Below, in pieces: positions 51,088 to 61,154 of a DNA stretch of 64,000 nt (positions are counted from its first letter, which is position 1; every line of letters starts with the position of its first letter). Below the pieces are notes generated by a model. It searched no databases and was not told the origin of the DNA. It worked only from the letters and a program-made list of their open reading frames with translations. Position numbers and translations under genes: made by a program. The stretch lies in IMG/VR virus record IMGVR_UViG_3300038345_000144; one strand, 5' to 3'. The stretch is from a virus (taxonomy: Duplodnaviria > Caudoviricetes).

Positions 51088-52161
51088 TTATATACTTGCC
51101 AGATTTACATTCCTGTAAGACATATCATCTGTTACCTCTTTAATGACCTTAATCTCATCTGGTATAGAGATTTTAGCGTCCTCGGAGGACATTTCAATCT
51201 CAAGAATTGCCACATCATTCCAGTTAGGATAAATGTCTATCTCTAAATAACAATCCATATATGACATACAGTAGCGTGTCTTTCTTATCTGGTGCTTTGA
51301 GGTGTCTGCGTTCATCAACAGGGCTAAATACTCGTCCTTTGTCAACATACGCTCAATCTCCATACGCTTGATGTCCGATACCCTACGCTTGATGGTCTTT
51401 GTGTAAACATAGTTACCGTTAAGTCCTCTTTGTCTAACTCTGACCTCATCTTCGGGGTTATCGCTGTTCAAATATGTCTGGATAATATCTACCTTCTGAA
51501 CATTAGGCAGGCTCTCCAGCCACGCAACATCAGGGTACTCAATCAAGAATTTACGCTCAATCTCGTAAGGCTCTGGCTCACCTAAATAAGATGTGATTTC
51601 CGTCATAAGTCGCTTAATCTTCTCATCAAAACCTGTTGAGTTGTCGATAATTCTGAAGTGCGGGTGTCCTGTCCAAGCCTGCATAACCTTTGTATCGTTA
51701 TCCCTTGCCTGTTCAGGAGTTTCCCATCTTGCCTGATTATTTTCTGTGGTATAGAACTCTTCTGCACCCTTCGCCGCAGTTACGAGGTGGAATACTGCAC
51801 CGTAGTTATCACGGAGTTCAACCTCATTTGTGCCAAGAGTATGTAAAACTCTGTTCCACATTTCTTCGTCCATATAAGCCTTGTTATCCAAAACTCCTCT
51901 GTCGCAGATGATAATAGCCTTCTGGTCAAGAGTTTTAGAGGCTTCCTCATAGATACGCTCCTTATCTAACTGGTATTTTGTCAGATAAGTCTGGAATTCC
52001 TTAAAATCTACTGGGGTTAATCCGCTTGAGATAAGTTCGGTGGCAGACTCGGCAATAATAAGTACCTTATAACCAAGTTGTGTCAATTCCTTACTAATCC
52101 TGCTCATAGCGGTTGATTTACCAGCACAAGGACCGCCAGTTATTACGATTTTTTCAACCAT
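51088..52161 (-). CDS. NadR/AAA_28-like P-loop kinase fused to a CYTH (triphosphate tunnel) domain
   Basis: ITGGPCAGKS, ICDRG; EIERKFL, QTYL, RVRQR, IRKTR, EIDIY, ILEIE. Confidence 0.85.
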   Translation of the reverse strand: MVEKIVITGGPCAGKSTAMSRISKELTQLGYKVLIIAESATELISSGLTPVDFKEFQTYLTKYQLDKERIYEEASKTLDQKAIIICDRGVLDNKAYMDEEMWNRVLHTLGTNEVELRDNYGAVFHLVTAAKGAEEFYTTENNQARWETPEQARDNDTKVMQAWTGHPHFRIIDNSTGFDEKIKRLMTEITSYLGEPEPYEIERKFLIEYPDVAWLESLPNVQKVDIIQTYLNSDNPEDEVRVRQRGLNGNYVYTKTIKRRVSDIKRMEIERMLTKDEYLALLMNADTSKHQIRKTRYCMSYMDCYLEIDIYPNWNDVAILEIEMSSEDAKISIPDEIKVIKEVTDDMSYRNVNLASI

Positions 52162-52441
52162 TTAGTACCTCTTTCTTTTGTGGTTTATGATATTTGATAA
52201 TCAAAATAAACTGGATGATTACTTCCAGCATTACTACGGAACTGAATAGCATTTCATACCAAGTAACTTTGGTCAGTACCCAGTACACCATCCACAACGA
52301 GTTCATAAACAATACCAAAATCTGAGATAACAGTGATATATCCTGACTTGATTTTGTTCTCACCAACTTGACTATCTGGGGCAAGAAGGTGCAAAACTCT
52401 ATGGTGTGTAATGCACAAAAAATTATGTCAGCAACATTCAT
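52154..52441 (-). CDS. PQ-loop/SemiSWEET-like small transporter
   Basis: FLPQIVKLVRTKSSQDIS, three TM helices. Confidence 0.8.
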   Translation of the reverse strand: MNVADIIFCALHTIEFCTFLPQIVKLVRTKSSQDISLLSQILVLFMNSLWMVYWVLTKVTWYEMLFSSVVMLEVIIQFILIIKYHKPQKKEVLNG

Positions 52442-53120
52442 TAAGTCGTACTTCCTTTTTGAAATGCCAGTATATCCAGCCTTTCATCAAAGGTAATAAC
52501 TCCAATTTCATACAATACACGGGTAAAACCTCTAATGTATTCATAAGTGGACTCGCTTGGCTTATCAAAGTATCTCTCAAGCATTTGTCCCAATCTGTCG
52601 TTATATCCTTTTACTTTTTTTAGTGTTTCTGCTTTTATAGGCATAGTGTGTTCTCCATTTCTTTTTATATTATTTCTTGTATTACTGAAATACTCTCCCA
52701 ATCGGGTGTTATGAGAATATTTACGGTGCAATCGTCAAGAGTATATGTTGTATTATAATTGACGGCATAGATTGAATGAGCATCTAAATCATCTAACAGG
52801 TGGCATAAGTATTCATAACCTTCCAATACACGGTTATGTATATCCATTGTGTCAGACTTCCCAGGTATAACAAACTGTTGAACATCAGGCACAAAAGTAA
52901 AATCGTGTAAGAAATTATCATCGAAAGTGAAGTCTATGCTTCCTGTGAATTTGCCAAACTGTACTTCTTTTATATAAGAATAAATCAAGTCTAAATCAAA
53001 CTCACTTACCTCTTTTTCAAGGCTCCCGACAACTTCCTCTACCTTGTCTATCCTGTCACCTACTTTGGTAGATTTACCAGTTTTGGTGTTAATGATTGTA
53101 TGTCCGTCAAACACTAACAT
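52441..53120 (-). CDS. Two hypothetical proteins (52441-about 52644, 52665-53120)
   Basis: Consecutive ORFs. Confidence 0.6.
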
Positions 53121-53130
53121 AAATTACTCC

Positions 53131-54120
53131 TTAAACAGCAACAGGAATACCCTTAATCTTTTCTGCATACTCGTAATTATCAAGGTGGATATTTTCGAGT
53201 GAGAAGTCATAGAAGTCGGTAACTCCATCGTCAATATAGAACTTCGGAGCAGGGAATTTCTGGTTATTTACCACCCTATCAACTGTTTCCATATGTCTGT
53301 CGTAGATGTGTGCGTCAGCGATAACGTGGACAAACTCACCTACTTCAAGTCCCGTAGCCCTTGCAATAAGATGTACGAGAACGGCATACTGGGCAACATT
53401 CCAACCATTTGCAACCAACATATCCTGTGAACGCTGATTGAGAATAGCGTTTAACTTATATCCGTCGGTTTTGTTTCCTGTAACATTAAAGGTCATAGAA
53501 TACGCACACGGATGTAAGTTCATTTCAGACAAATCGTGGAACTGATAGATGTTTGTAAGCACTCTTCTGTTCATCGGAGTAAGAATGAGGTCATAGATAA
53601 CCTTGTTAACCTGGTCCATCCACCACTCACCGTTGATACAGTAAGCAACAGTAACCTTGTTATCCCTTCTGCGACAAATCCTTGAAATATGTCCGTCCTT
53701 ACAATCCTTGTCAACATTCTCGATGAGGTAATTTTCACCAAATGCCTTGAGAAGTTTGACATCGGAAACACCCTTATATCTGTCAAGAACGCCTAACTGG
53801 TAGCCATAAGCCTTACCAATGGAGCCATTCTCATCAGCCCAAGAGTCCCAAATATGAGAGTTGAGGTCATTAACATTATTTGACTTCTTCTGCCAAATCC
53901 ATAATAATTCATCAACTAATGCTTGAAAGTTAATCCAACGCTGTGTCTGCATCGGGAATTCTTCAGCAAGGTTATACCTATTTACGACACCAAATGCCTT
54001 ATAGGTAAAAGCGGGAGTTCCATCTTCCCAATGAGGTCTTACTTCCTCGTTCTCTGTGGTATAGCCTGAATTCTTTATGGTGGCTATTGTCTCATCAAAT
54101 TTGTCGTCTGCTTTGCTCAT
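53131..54120 (-). CDS. thyA: Thymidylate synthase with about 50 aa internal insertion
   Basis: ELLWIW, IWDSW, GKAYGYQ, NRR, LHPC, QRSQD, NVAQY, DAHIYDRH. Confidence 0.93.
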   Translation of the reverse strand: MSKADDKFDETIATIKNSGYTTENEEVRPHWEDGTPAFTYKAFGVVNRYNLAEEFPMQTQRWINFQALVDELLWIWQKKSNNVNDLNSHIWDSWADENGSIGKAYGYQLGVLDRYKGVSDVKLLKAFGENYLIENVDKDCKDGHISRICRRRDNKVTVAYCINGEWWMDQVNKVIYDLILTPMNRRVLTNIYQFHDLSEMNLHPCAYSMTFNVTGNKTDGYKLNAILNQRSQDMLVANGWNVAQYAVLVHLIARATGLEVGEFVHVIADAHIYDRHMETVDRVVNNQKFPAPKFYIDDGVTDFYDFSLENIHLDNYEYAEKIKGIPVAV

Positions 54121-54135
54121 AAAATATATCCTTTC

Positions 54136-55782
54136 TTATTTTAATAAACTCTCTGGCACATAGATAATATCACTCTTAATAGATAGATAAAAGTCATCAC
54201 CATCTATCAAAGTGACGGTATTAAACCCGTGAATATCCGTGTATTTCATATATCCTTTTATTCTCTGTTCAATAAGGTCAAATCTGGTCTTCATATACAA
54301 CTTATTTTTGGTGGAAGAGCCATCACATACGATAAACAAACGGTTGCCGAAATGCTTTCTTCCTTCCTGTGACTGGTTCTTATACAGCCACTCGATTAAC
54401 TTGTCCCTACCATTACGGGTAGTCATATCTGGAGTAAAATTGATATTGTCAGGAATAGTTGTAACCTTCAAATCAAAAGGCTCACCCTTGATGTAAAAAT
54501 CAATTAACTTATGCTTTGAGTTTGCCTCATCTACCGCACCGTACTTAACGAACAGGTCTTCACAAGTAAGTGATACTTGAGCATTAAACCACCTGTGGAG
54601 AGCATAGTTGAGGTCAATCTCATTCTCTTCGCAGGCTTTCTTAACCTCATCTACCGTTTTGGCACTGTAAATAAAACCTGACATTTTATCATTATCATCA
54701 GATTGCTTTTCCCATTGAGCGTCCATCATCTGTAACGCCCTGACTAATTCTTTTTGTAACGGTGTGTCATTAGGGTTTACCTTAATGATGTCAGGAATAT
54801 TCTGCTTTTTCTTGAGGTCTCTATTAGGGAGTTCGCTGTGACGGACAATCTTAATAGACCAGAACTGTTCCTCGGTCATATCGTTGATGTCCTTACAGAA
54901 CTCATATCCTTCATAGTCTAACTCGTAGATAAACTTACCCTTAACATTCTGGTGGAACTTCTGACGAGCCTTATATCCAGCCGTATCTTGGTCGGTAGCC
55001 AAGACAAGCATAGGCAAATCAGCCTTCATAATCTGCTCGTACTGTTTAGCGGAGCCTGTACCGTTTAAGGCAATAGCATAACCGCCCCAAGACCAAATAG
55101 AGAGAGCGTCAATCATACTCTCTACGACAAAGACCTTATCAATCTTTGCACCTGCTTTGCGAGCCTGCTCTAACTCATAAAGTCCATAAACAGGCTTATC
55201 TACGCTGTCAGGGTAGTGGAAGTATTTAGTCTCTGTGCTACGGATAGCCACGAACAGAATATTGCCGTGAATATCTTTTACAGGGAACAATACCTCTTTA
55301 CGCTCTTCATCATAGCAAACCTCAAACAAATCAAGGATTTCCTTCTTGATGTGTCTGGTATTAAGCATATAGTCAGAGTATTTTCTGTACTTATCAAGGA
55401 TTGATGGCTTAATGTATTTAGGCTCTGGCTTCTTTTCCTTCTTTGTTACCAACTTGATATTAGTCGGCTCGAAAATCTCATAGGAAGTAACCTCAAAATT
55501 ATCACGCAACCACTCCACTCCATCAGCGTGAACAACATCGCCAATGACTTGTGGGAGTGAATGAGAGCATTTACAGTTATGACAAAAGAAGAGTCCGTCT
55601 TCTTTTCTGAACTGTGCAGAAGGCTTATTTTCCTGACCGAGTTTGTGGTAAGGGCATTGTACCATTAGGTACTCATTAGCCTCTTTATAGCCCATTGAGA
55701 AGTACGGAGCACTCTCTAATAATAATCTGTCTAAAATCTCATATATAGTAGCATTTACATTGAGATTTTTACCTACCTGCAT
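54136..55782 (-). CDS. dnaG: DNA primase (Zn finger plus TOPRIM) fused to a C-terminal nuclease-like domain
   Basis: CPYH...PS...CHNC; VVESMIDALS; LATDQDTAG; KDIND; about 200 extra aa with IDFYIKGEPFDLK. Confidence 0.85.
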   Translation of the reverse strand: MQVGKNLNVNATIYEILDRLLLESAPYFSMGYKEANEYLMVQCPYHKLGQENKPSAQFRKEDGLFFCHNCKCSHSLPQVIGDVVHADGVEWLRDNFEVTSYEIFEPTNIKLVTKKEKKPEPKYIKPSILDKYRKYSDYMLNTRHIKKEILDLFEVCYDEERKEVLFPVKDIHGNILFVAIRSTETKYFHYPDSVDKPVYGLYELEQARKAGAKIDKVFVVESMIDALSIWSWGGYAIALNGTGSAKQYEQIMKADLPMLVLATDQDTAGYKARQKFHQNVKGKFIYELDYEGYEFCKDINDMTEEQFWSIKIVRHSELPNRDLKKKQNIPDIIKVNPNDTPLQKELVRALQMMDAQWEKQSDDNDKMSGFIYSAKTVDEVKKACEENEIDLNYALHRWFNAQVSLTCEDLFVKYGAVDEANSKHKLIDFYIKGEPFDLKVTTIPDNINFTPDMTTRNGRDKLIEWLYKNQSQEGRKHFGNRLFIVCDGSSTKNKLYMKTRFDLIEQRIKGYMKYTDIHGFNTVTLIDGDDFYLSIKSDIIYVPESLLK

Positions 55783-57122
55783 TAGAAGTCCTCTTCTGCG
55801 TCCTTATATTCTTCGTTTGCGTTCTTTGTGGCAGTTGCCAATTCAGGGTGTTCGAAACCGTCTTTAGGGTTAGGAACATAAGTAAAGTCACCTGTGTTAA
55901 TCTTGACTGCCCAAATAAGTTTCTGTCCCATAGGACCATATCTGTTCTTGTTGACATAGATTGTGATTGTATCTCCATCTTCCTTTGACTTCTTGTGAAT
56001 GATAGAGAATACACGGCTTGCGTTGTGGGCAATACCATCGGAACCACGAATTGTATCGAGTTCAGGTGCTTCGGTATTAACATCACCGTCCTTATCACGG
56101 GCGGCTTCACGGTTAGCCTGTACGACAACAATAATCGGAATATTGAGTTCTACGCTCAAAGACATCAAATCTTCGGAAATCTCTGTAAGTCTTTCCGTAG
56201 TGTTTTGCTTGCCATTTAGACACCTCTCGTTTGCGAGGTATGTGATACCGTCCAAGACAATCATCTGCAAGTTGAGTTCGAGAACCCAACGCTTCAATGC
56301 CGTAACTGTAACCTGCTTGTTGAAAGTAGCAGGGTTAGTAACATTGAACAACGCCTTGTTTTTAGGCAAATTGGAACAATATGTCTTATATTTAGCAGGG
56401 TCAAAGTATTTATCTCCACCCTGAATACCCTTGTTATCCCAGTGCTTGTAAAGGGTATCGAAACGATAACCAACAGAGTCGGCAGACATTTCTGGTGAGA
56501 AGAAACCTACATTGTAGCCAGCCTCCCAAACAGCAACAGCCATCTTTTCAGCGAGCCAAGACTTGAGGTTGTTAGTACGGGCAAAAATTACCAGCAACTC
56601 TTCTCTTCGTCTGATACCTTCAATAGACAAATCAAGGTCGTCCAAACCCGTAGGGAACCAGTAGTTCTCTGGGTTGTTCATTCTGTCAATAAGTGCGTTA
56701 TATCTGTCTGGAGCCGTCTGAACAATATCGACACCAAACTGCTTGTTAGGTCTCGGAGGGATTGATGCGAGTTTCATCTTCAAGTTGGCAAGAGCCATTT
56801 CTGCATCGACACCCCATTCAGGACCGCTTTCGTCTACAATACGAGTTGCCTCATAAGCAATCTTTTCACCGTACAACTTACGGACGATATAATCTCTTGA
56901 CTCATCTGAAGAACCATAACTTTCTTTGAGGTCTTCAAATTGTTCTTTATCGAACTCACTGACCATAGTAGCCATAGCAGGAACCTGCTTGAACTGTTGC
57001 CAGTGCTTAAAAATAAAGTCATATGCTTCAGGGTAGTTCCAGTAATACTCTGGACCATACATCTGAAGTAACTCGACATCGTTTTTGTTGATAATATAGT
57101 TCAACGCTTGCATCTGTATCAT
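55782..57122 (-). CDS. dnaB: Replicative DnaB-like helicase
   Basis: PTGLDDLD, ARTNNLKS (Walker A variant), FSPEM, IVLDG, QANRE, GSDGIAHNA, KNRYG. Confidence 0.9.
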   Translation of the reverse strand: MIQMQALNYIINKNDVELLQMYGPEYYWNYPEAYDFIFKHWQQFKQVPAMATMVSEFDKEQFEDLKESYGSSDESRDYIVRKLYGEKIAYEATRIVDESGPEWGVDAEMALANLKMKLASIPPRPNKQFGVDIVQTAPDRYNALIDRMNNPENYWFPTGLDDLDLSIEGIRRREELLVIFARTNNLKSWLAEKMAVAVWEAGYNVGFFSPEMSADSVGYRFDTLYKHWDNKGIQGGDKYFDPAKYKTYCSNLPKNKALFNVTNPATFNKQVTVTALKRWVLELNLQMIVLDGITYLANERCLNGKQNTTERLTEISEDLMSLSVELNIPIIVVVQANREAARDKDGDVNTEAPELDTIRGSDGIAHNASRVFSIIHKKSKEDGDTITIYVNKNRYGPMGQKLIWAVKINTGDFTYVPNPKDGFEHPELATATKNANEEYKDAEEDF

Positions 57123-57138
57123 ATTCTTATACCCTCAC

Positions 57139-57813
57139 TTATATTCCTCTAAAATCAGTTCCGTGGAACTCGATTACCTCTGAAGCATTAAATACTCTAC
57201 TTGCAAGTCGTCCACCGAGATTTTCCGAAAGATTAAAAATATTTGTAATATTAGAAGTATAGATATTACACTTACCAGCACTCATACGGTCTTCAATGAA
57301 CATCAAGAGTTGCTGTCGCTGGTAATCAGTAGCGTAAGCCCCACAACCAATATCGTCCCAAATGACAATATCTGCCTCTGCAATATGCTGAATATAGGCA
57401 GGGGGATTATTGAACTTCTTTATATCATCAATAAACTTTGGAACGGAAACATAGATACCCTTTGTCTGTCCGTAACTTCTGTACCAGTTCTTATAAAAAT
57501 AGTTTAACAGGAGTTTTACAGCCCAAGAGGTCTTTGCATTACCAAAGTTAGTAGAGCAAAGATACAAATTCTTGCCATTAGCAACAAAGTCATTGATGTC
57601 CTTCTTAATCTCTGCAAGTCGCTTATAAGCATCGGTATCAACCTTATTCTTCTCGGTGATAATCAATTTAAGAGGCACACGATAGTTCTGTGGAAGATTA
57701 CTATTGTCCATAAGGCTCTGTGTCTGTATATAACGGTCACATAAGTCTGAACATTGTTTAGTGTTCTTCAAGCCACAATTTCTACAAATACAATCAACTG
57801 GTCTTTTTCCCAT
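57139..57813 (-). CDS. DnaC/IstB-like helicase loader ATPase
   Basis: NLYLCSTNFGNAKT, IWDDIG, IYTSN, RLASR, G.DFR. Confidence 0.8.
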   Translation of the reverse strand: MGKRPVDCICRNCGLKNTKQCSDLCDRYIQTQSLMDNSNLPQNYRVPLKLIITEKNKVDTDAYKRLAEIKKDINDFVANGKNLYLCSTNFGNAKTSWAVKLLLNYFYKNWYRSYGQTKGIYVSVPKFIDDIKKFNNPPAYIQHIAEADIVIWDDIGCGAYATDYQRQQLLMFIEDRMSAGKCNIYTSNITNIFNLSENLGGRLASRVFNASEVIEFHGTDFRGI

Positions 57814-58571
57814 TAGAATACAGTCTCTCCCTTCTTGCCGTTTTCAAGTTCTTCTCTTTTCTTACGGATTTCTTCCTTTTCCGCATCTGTGTAAGTACCA
57901 CTAACGATACCCGTAGCACTAAATCCCTGATGAATAGTGCGTTTTGTAATAGGCTCGGTAGGTGCTACGAACTTGAACCAACAATGGTCGATAGACTGCT
58001 GTACTACCCAAATCATAGAGTCCTCATCCAAGTGCATAGCCACCAACTCACCAATAAGACGGTCAACCATTGACGGACGGAGCATATCTGCTGAAGCAAA
58101 TCTACCCTCTCCGTTCAGCCAAGCCGTAAAATATGTGATGAGAATGGTCTTTACATTCTTTGGAATTTCCCAACCCTCAATTCTGTCAACGAGTCGGGTA
58201 TAACGGTTCTCTACTTTCTGTTCCTTAACCACATTGACCTGTTCCTGAATGGCGGTCTGCTCTTCAGGGGTCTGTACTTTGGTCTTGGACTTCTTTGCAA
58301 CCCTAACCAGTTTGACATTCTTAATCTCACCGTTCTTGTTCTTGGTGACATCAACATAACCATTGTCAATTAACTCTTGCCAAAGGTTTTCAAGTTCTGC
58401 TTTAGGTGTTGTAGTAAAATTTGAACTTAAATCAGCCAAACCACAAATCTTCGGATTGGCGTGATACAGGAGCATATATAAACCTTTTGCTCCTACTGAC
58501 ACATTAGGGTCTTCCAAAATAGAAGTTGGGAATGTTCCCATCTTCTGCCAAGTTTCTGTTGCAATCCACAT
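57813..58571 (-). CDS. Putative replication initiator (N-terminal winged HTH)
   Basis: ILEDPNVSVGAKGLY...ELIDNGYV; directly upstream of loader, DnaB and primase. Confidence 0.65.
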   Translation of the reverse strand: MWIATETWQKMGTFPTSILEDPNVSVGAKGLYMLLYHANPKICGLADLSSNFTTTPKAELENLWQELIDNGYVDVTKNKNGEIKNVKLVRVAKKSKTKVQTPEEQTAIQEQVNVVKEQKVENRYTRLVDRIEGWEIPKNVKTILITYFTAWLNGEGRFASADMLRPSMVDRLIGELVAMHLDEDSMIWVVQQSIDHCWFKFVAPTEPITKRTIHQGFSATGIVSGTYTDAEKEEIRKKREELENGKKGETVF

Positions 58572-58606
58572 ATTTAAGTAATTTCCTTACAATATTTTTT
58601 TGGTGT

Positions 58607-58960
58607 TTAACACCAGTTTTCACTTATTTCTTCTACTATCTTCGACCCACTATGATTACCAGTGGGGCAAATTCGTTCTGTCTTGAGAGCCTCGATGACT
58701 CCCCTTGTCCTTGTCATAAAGAATGTTGCGTTTTCATCCATCTTTGAGAAACCCAACTGTCTGCTGTAATAATATATGAAGTTGTTATTCTCCACATAGT
58801 TGAACTTCTCAACGATATTATAGTATATCAAGCAACGCTCGTTTATGTCCTTTACCTTGTTGTACCCAATGTACTTAACTTGCTCCCATACATATTTGTA
58901 GTCTTTTTGAGCAAGGGCTTTGATAATGTGTCCCTGGTCATTTGTAATCTTTTTTGGCAT
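58607..58960 (-). CDS. Hypothetical protein
   Basis: 117 aa ORF directly after a promoter. Confidence 0.65.
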   Translation of the reverse strand: MPKKITNDQGHIIKALAQKDYKYVWEQVKYIGYNKVKDINERCLIYYNIVEKFNYVENNNFIYYYSRQLGFSKMDENATFFMTRTRGVIEALKTERICPTGNHSGSKIVEEISENWC

Positions 58961-58998
58961 CTTCTACCTCACAGTTATCCCATTATTAAACTATGAAT

Positions 58999-59027
58999 AT
59001 TATAGCAATTCCACCTTGAACTGTAAA
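58999..59027 (-). promoter_or_regulatory. Sigma-A type promoter of the replication operon
   Basis: TTTACA-N17-TATAAT with extended -10 TG. Confidence 0.75.
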
Positions 59028-59068
59028 GTGAAATTTTTAATAAGTATAAATTTTTTACCCCAAGTCAG

Positions 59069-59111
59069 AAAAAAAGAAATATCTATGCAACTATAAAAAT
59101 TGCATAGATAC
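59069..59111 (-). terminator. Intrinsic terminator
   Basis: TATCTATGCAA...TTGCATAGATA 11-bp stem with U-tract on -. Confidence 0.8.
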
Positions 59112-59129
59112 TCTTTTAGTTACTTAATT

Positions 59130-60137
59130 TTATTTGCCTCCACCAGCAAATACGGTCAATGCTTCACCGTTTGTGTTTACTACATAGAAGCCACTACCAG
59201 CACGGTACTTGAGAATGTGCATCTTGTCACCGTGGTCTTCCCATTCAAACTTGTCAGACTCGTCTGGGTCAAGAATTTCAGTAAGATACTGTGGAGCACA
59301 TCTGATAACGAGTTCGTGGAACTGGTTAATCTCACTATCGTAGGAGTTGATGCACTCAACACACTTTCTCATACCGTTAGCGTTCAATACCTCATCGAAG
59401 CGTTTAGCGTCAGGCTTGATGTAGAACTTGAGCATAGGTGCTTCAGCAAACAAGAAGTTAGGTGTAGGTCTCTTGTTGACCAATTCCTCTAACCAATGAT
59501 GCCAAATTGTCTCTGGAATAAAGTATTCCTTTTCATCAGGGTCTTCAGCAAACTTCATTGAAGCAGGAGCCTTTGCCTTACCGCCACCCATAGCCAATCT
59601 GAAAGTAGCACCAAACAAACTCTTAACAACTGGGAGTTTGATTTCAATATCAGATGATAAATCCTTCATCGGAACCTTACACTTGATAAACTTAATCTTT
59701 TGCTTGGAGTGGTCACAACCAACAATGTACTGGGAATAATCCAAGAACTTTGTGCCTGCACCAATCAACTTATGAATATCGGTTAACTGGCTGATATTTG
59801 TAATACGAGCCTCTCTTGGAGCCTTGCCGTCGGTGATTAACTTATTAACAACCAACGCAAAGTAATAATCAGTAACAGGGTGGGTAAATGCCACACCAGT
59901 TCTCTTTGTGAATTCATCTGCAAGTGTCAAAGCACTGGTTAACTGACGATAGTTGTCAGCATCAATCTCTTCGTTGAAGATGAGGTCTTTCAACTCACCC
60001 TCGGTTACGCTTGGTTCCTTACAGATAGCCGTAAGTATGAATTCAGCCTTATCGGGATGGGACTTGAAAAATGTCTTGAAAATTTGATTATCTGTGTCTC
60101 CACTCCTTAATGTAGTCAATAAAATGTCTTCTGCCAT
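59130..60137 (-). CDS. Hypothetical protein, distant paralog of 61155-62249
   Basis: Shared P..D.(Y/F)FA..VN, PVVK...FG..FR(L/I)A and DP..E..IP blocks. Confidence 0.7.
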   Translation of the reverse strand: MAEDILLTTLRSGDTDNQIFKTFFKSHPDKAEFILTAICKEPSVTEGELKDLIFNEEIDADNYRQLTSALTLADEFTKRTGVAFTHPVTDYYFALVVNKLITDGKAPREARITNISQLTDIHKLIGAGTKFLDYSQYIVGCDHSKQKIKFIKCKVPMKDLSSDIEIKLPVVKSLFGATFRLAMGGGKAKAPASMKFAEDPDEKEYFIPETIWHHWLEELVNKRPTPNFLFAEAPMLKFYIKPDAKRFDEVLNANGMRKCVECINSYDSEINQFHELVIRCAPQYLTEILDPDESDKFEWEDHGDKMHILKYRAGSGFYVVNTNGEALTVFAGGGK

Positions 60138-60143
60138 AGTGTT

Positions 60144-61139
60144 TTACTCCTCCTTAAATCCCATAGCCAATCTGATAGCCTTGCAAGCCTCCATTTGCTC
60201 TGGGGTCAATTCACCCGCATCTCTCTTTCTCTGAAATTCTGCCTGTGCTATATCTGCATTAAACGCATCTTTAGCCTCTTTATCTTCTTCCATAGCCTGA
60301 ACTTCAGGAGTCTGTGTAGGGTCAATAATCTTTTCTTCGTCTGCCATTGTATAATTTCCTCCTAAAAATATTTATTAACCTAATCTGCGATATACTCCAG
60401 CACCAGGTAAGACTTCACTCATAGACATAGCGTTCTCGTCATTCTTGATGAAGTCAAGTGCCTTGTCATCGACTTCGCCTAATTCAACAACCTTAACGAA
60501 CTTAACTTCGTTGAGAGGCTTCTGAATACCAGCGACAGTAGAGTTCTGCATAACCTCGCTACTCTTGATTGTCTGCTCATAAGTAGGATAGAGGTTCTTA
60601 TCACGGTCAGGATTTGCGTCACGGATAGTCTTGTAGGTCAATCTGATGCCGTGATTGAAGTTAAGTCTTTTTACGCACTGTGCCAAGTCAGCGAACTGGA
60701 ACTTTGCTACGAAAGACTGTACTCCGTTTGCGTCAGGGGCATAGACAGCCACTACCGTACCATTCTGCAAATCATAATCGTTATGCTTCTGAACCCACTC
60801 GTCCAAATACATTCCATTTTCAATGTTTGCTAATCCCATAATGTTTCTCCTTTATTTCATCGGAACTTTAGCAATATACCCGCAATTTCTTACGGATATG
60901 CTCATATTGTTATCTGTTTCAATAAGATTTGGGTCTCCGCAATCAGATGGAAAGCCTGATACCAACCCCGCCATCATCCACTTTTGCTTGTCATTTCTGG
61001 GACAAAATACAAGTTTATCGCCAATATTGACGGCAAATGAATTACCGAAGTTATCGTATAATTTCTTAACGGTGGGGTGGTCAGGAACATCTGCCACGCT
61101 TATTTTCCCATAAACGAAGGCTTCTATTGATGTTTTCAT
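60144..61139 (-). CDS. Three hypothetical proteins (60144-60347, 60375-60839, 60852-61139)
   Basis: ORFs with RBSs. Confidence 0.65.
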
Positions 61140-61154
61140 TAAAAAGCCCCCTTT

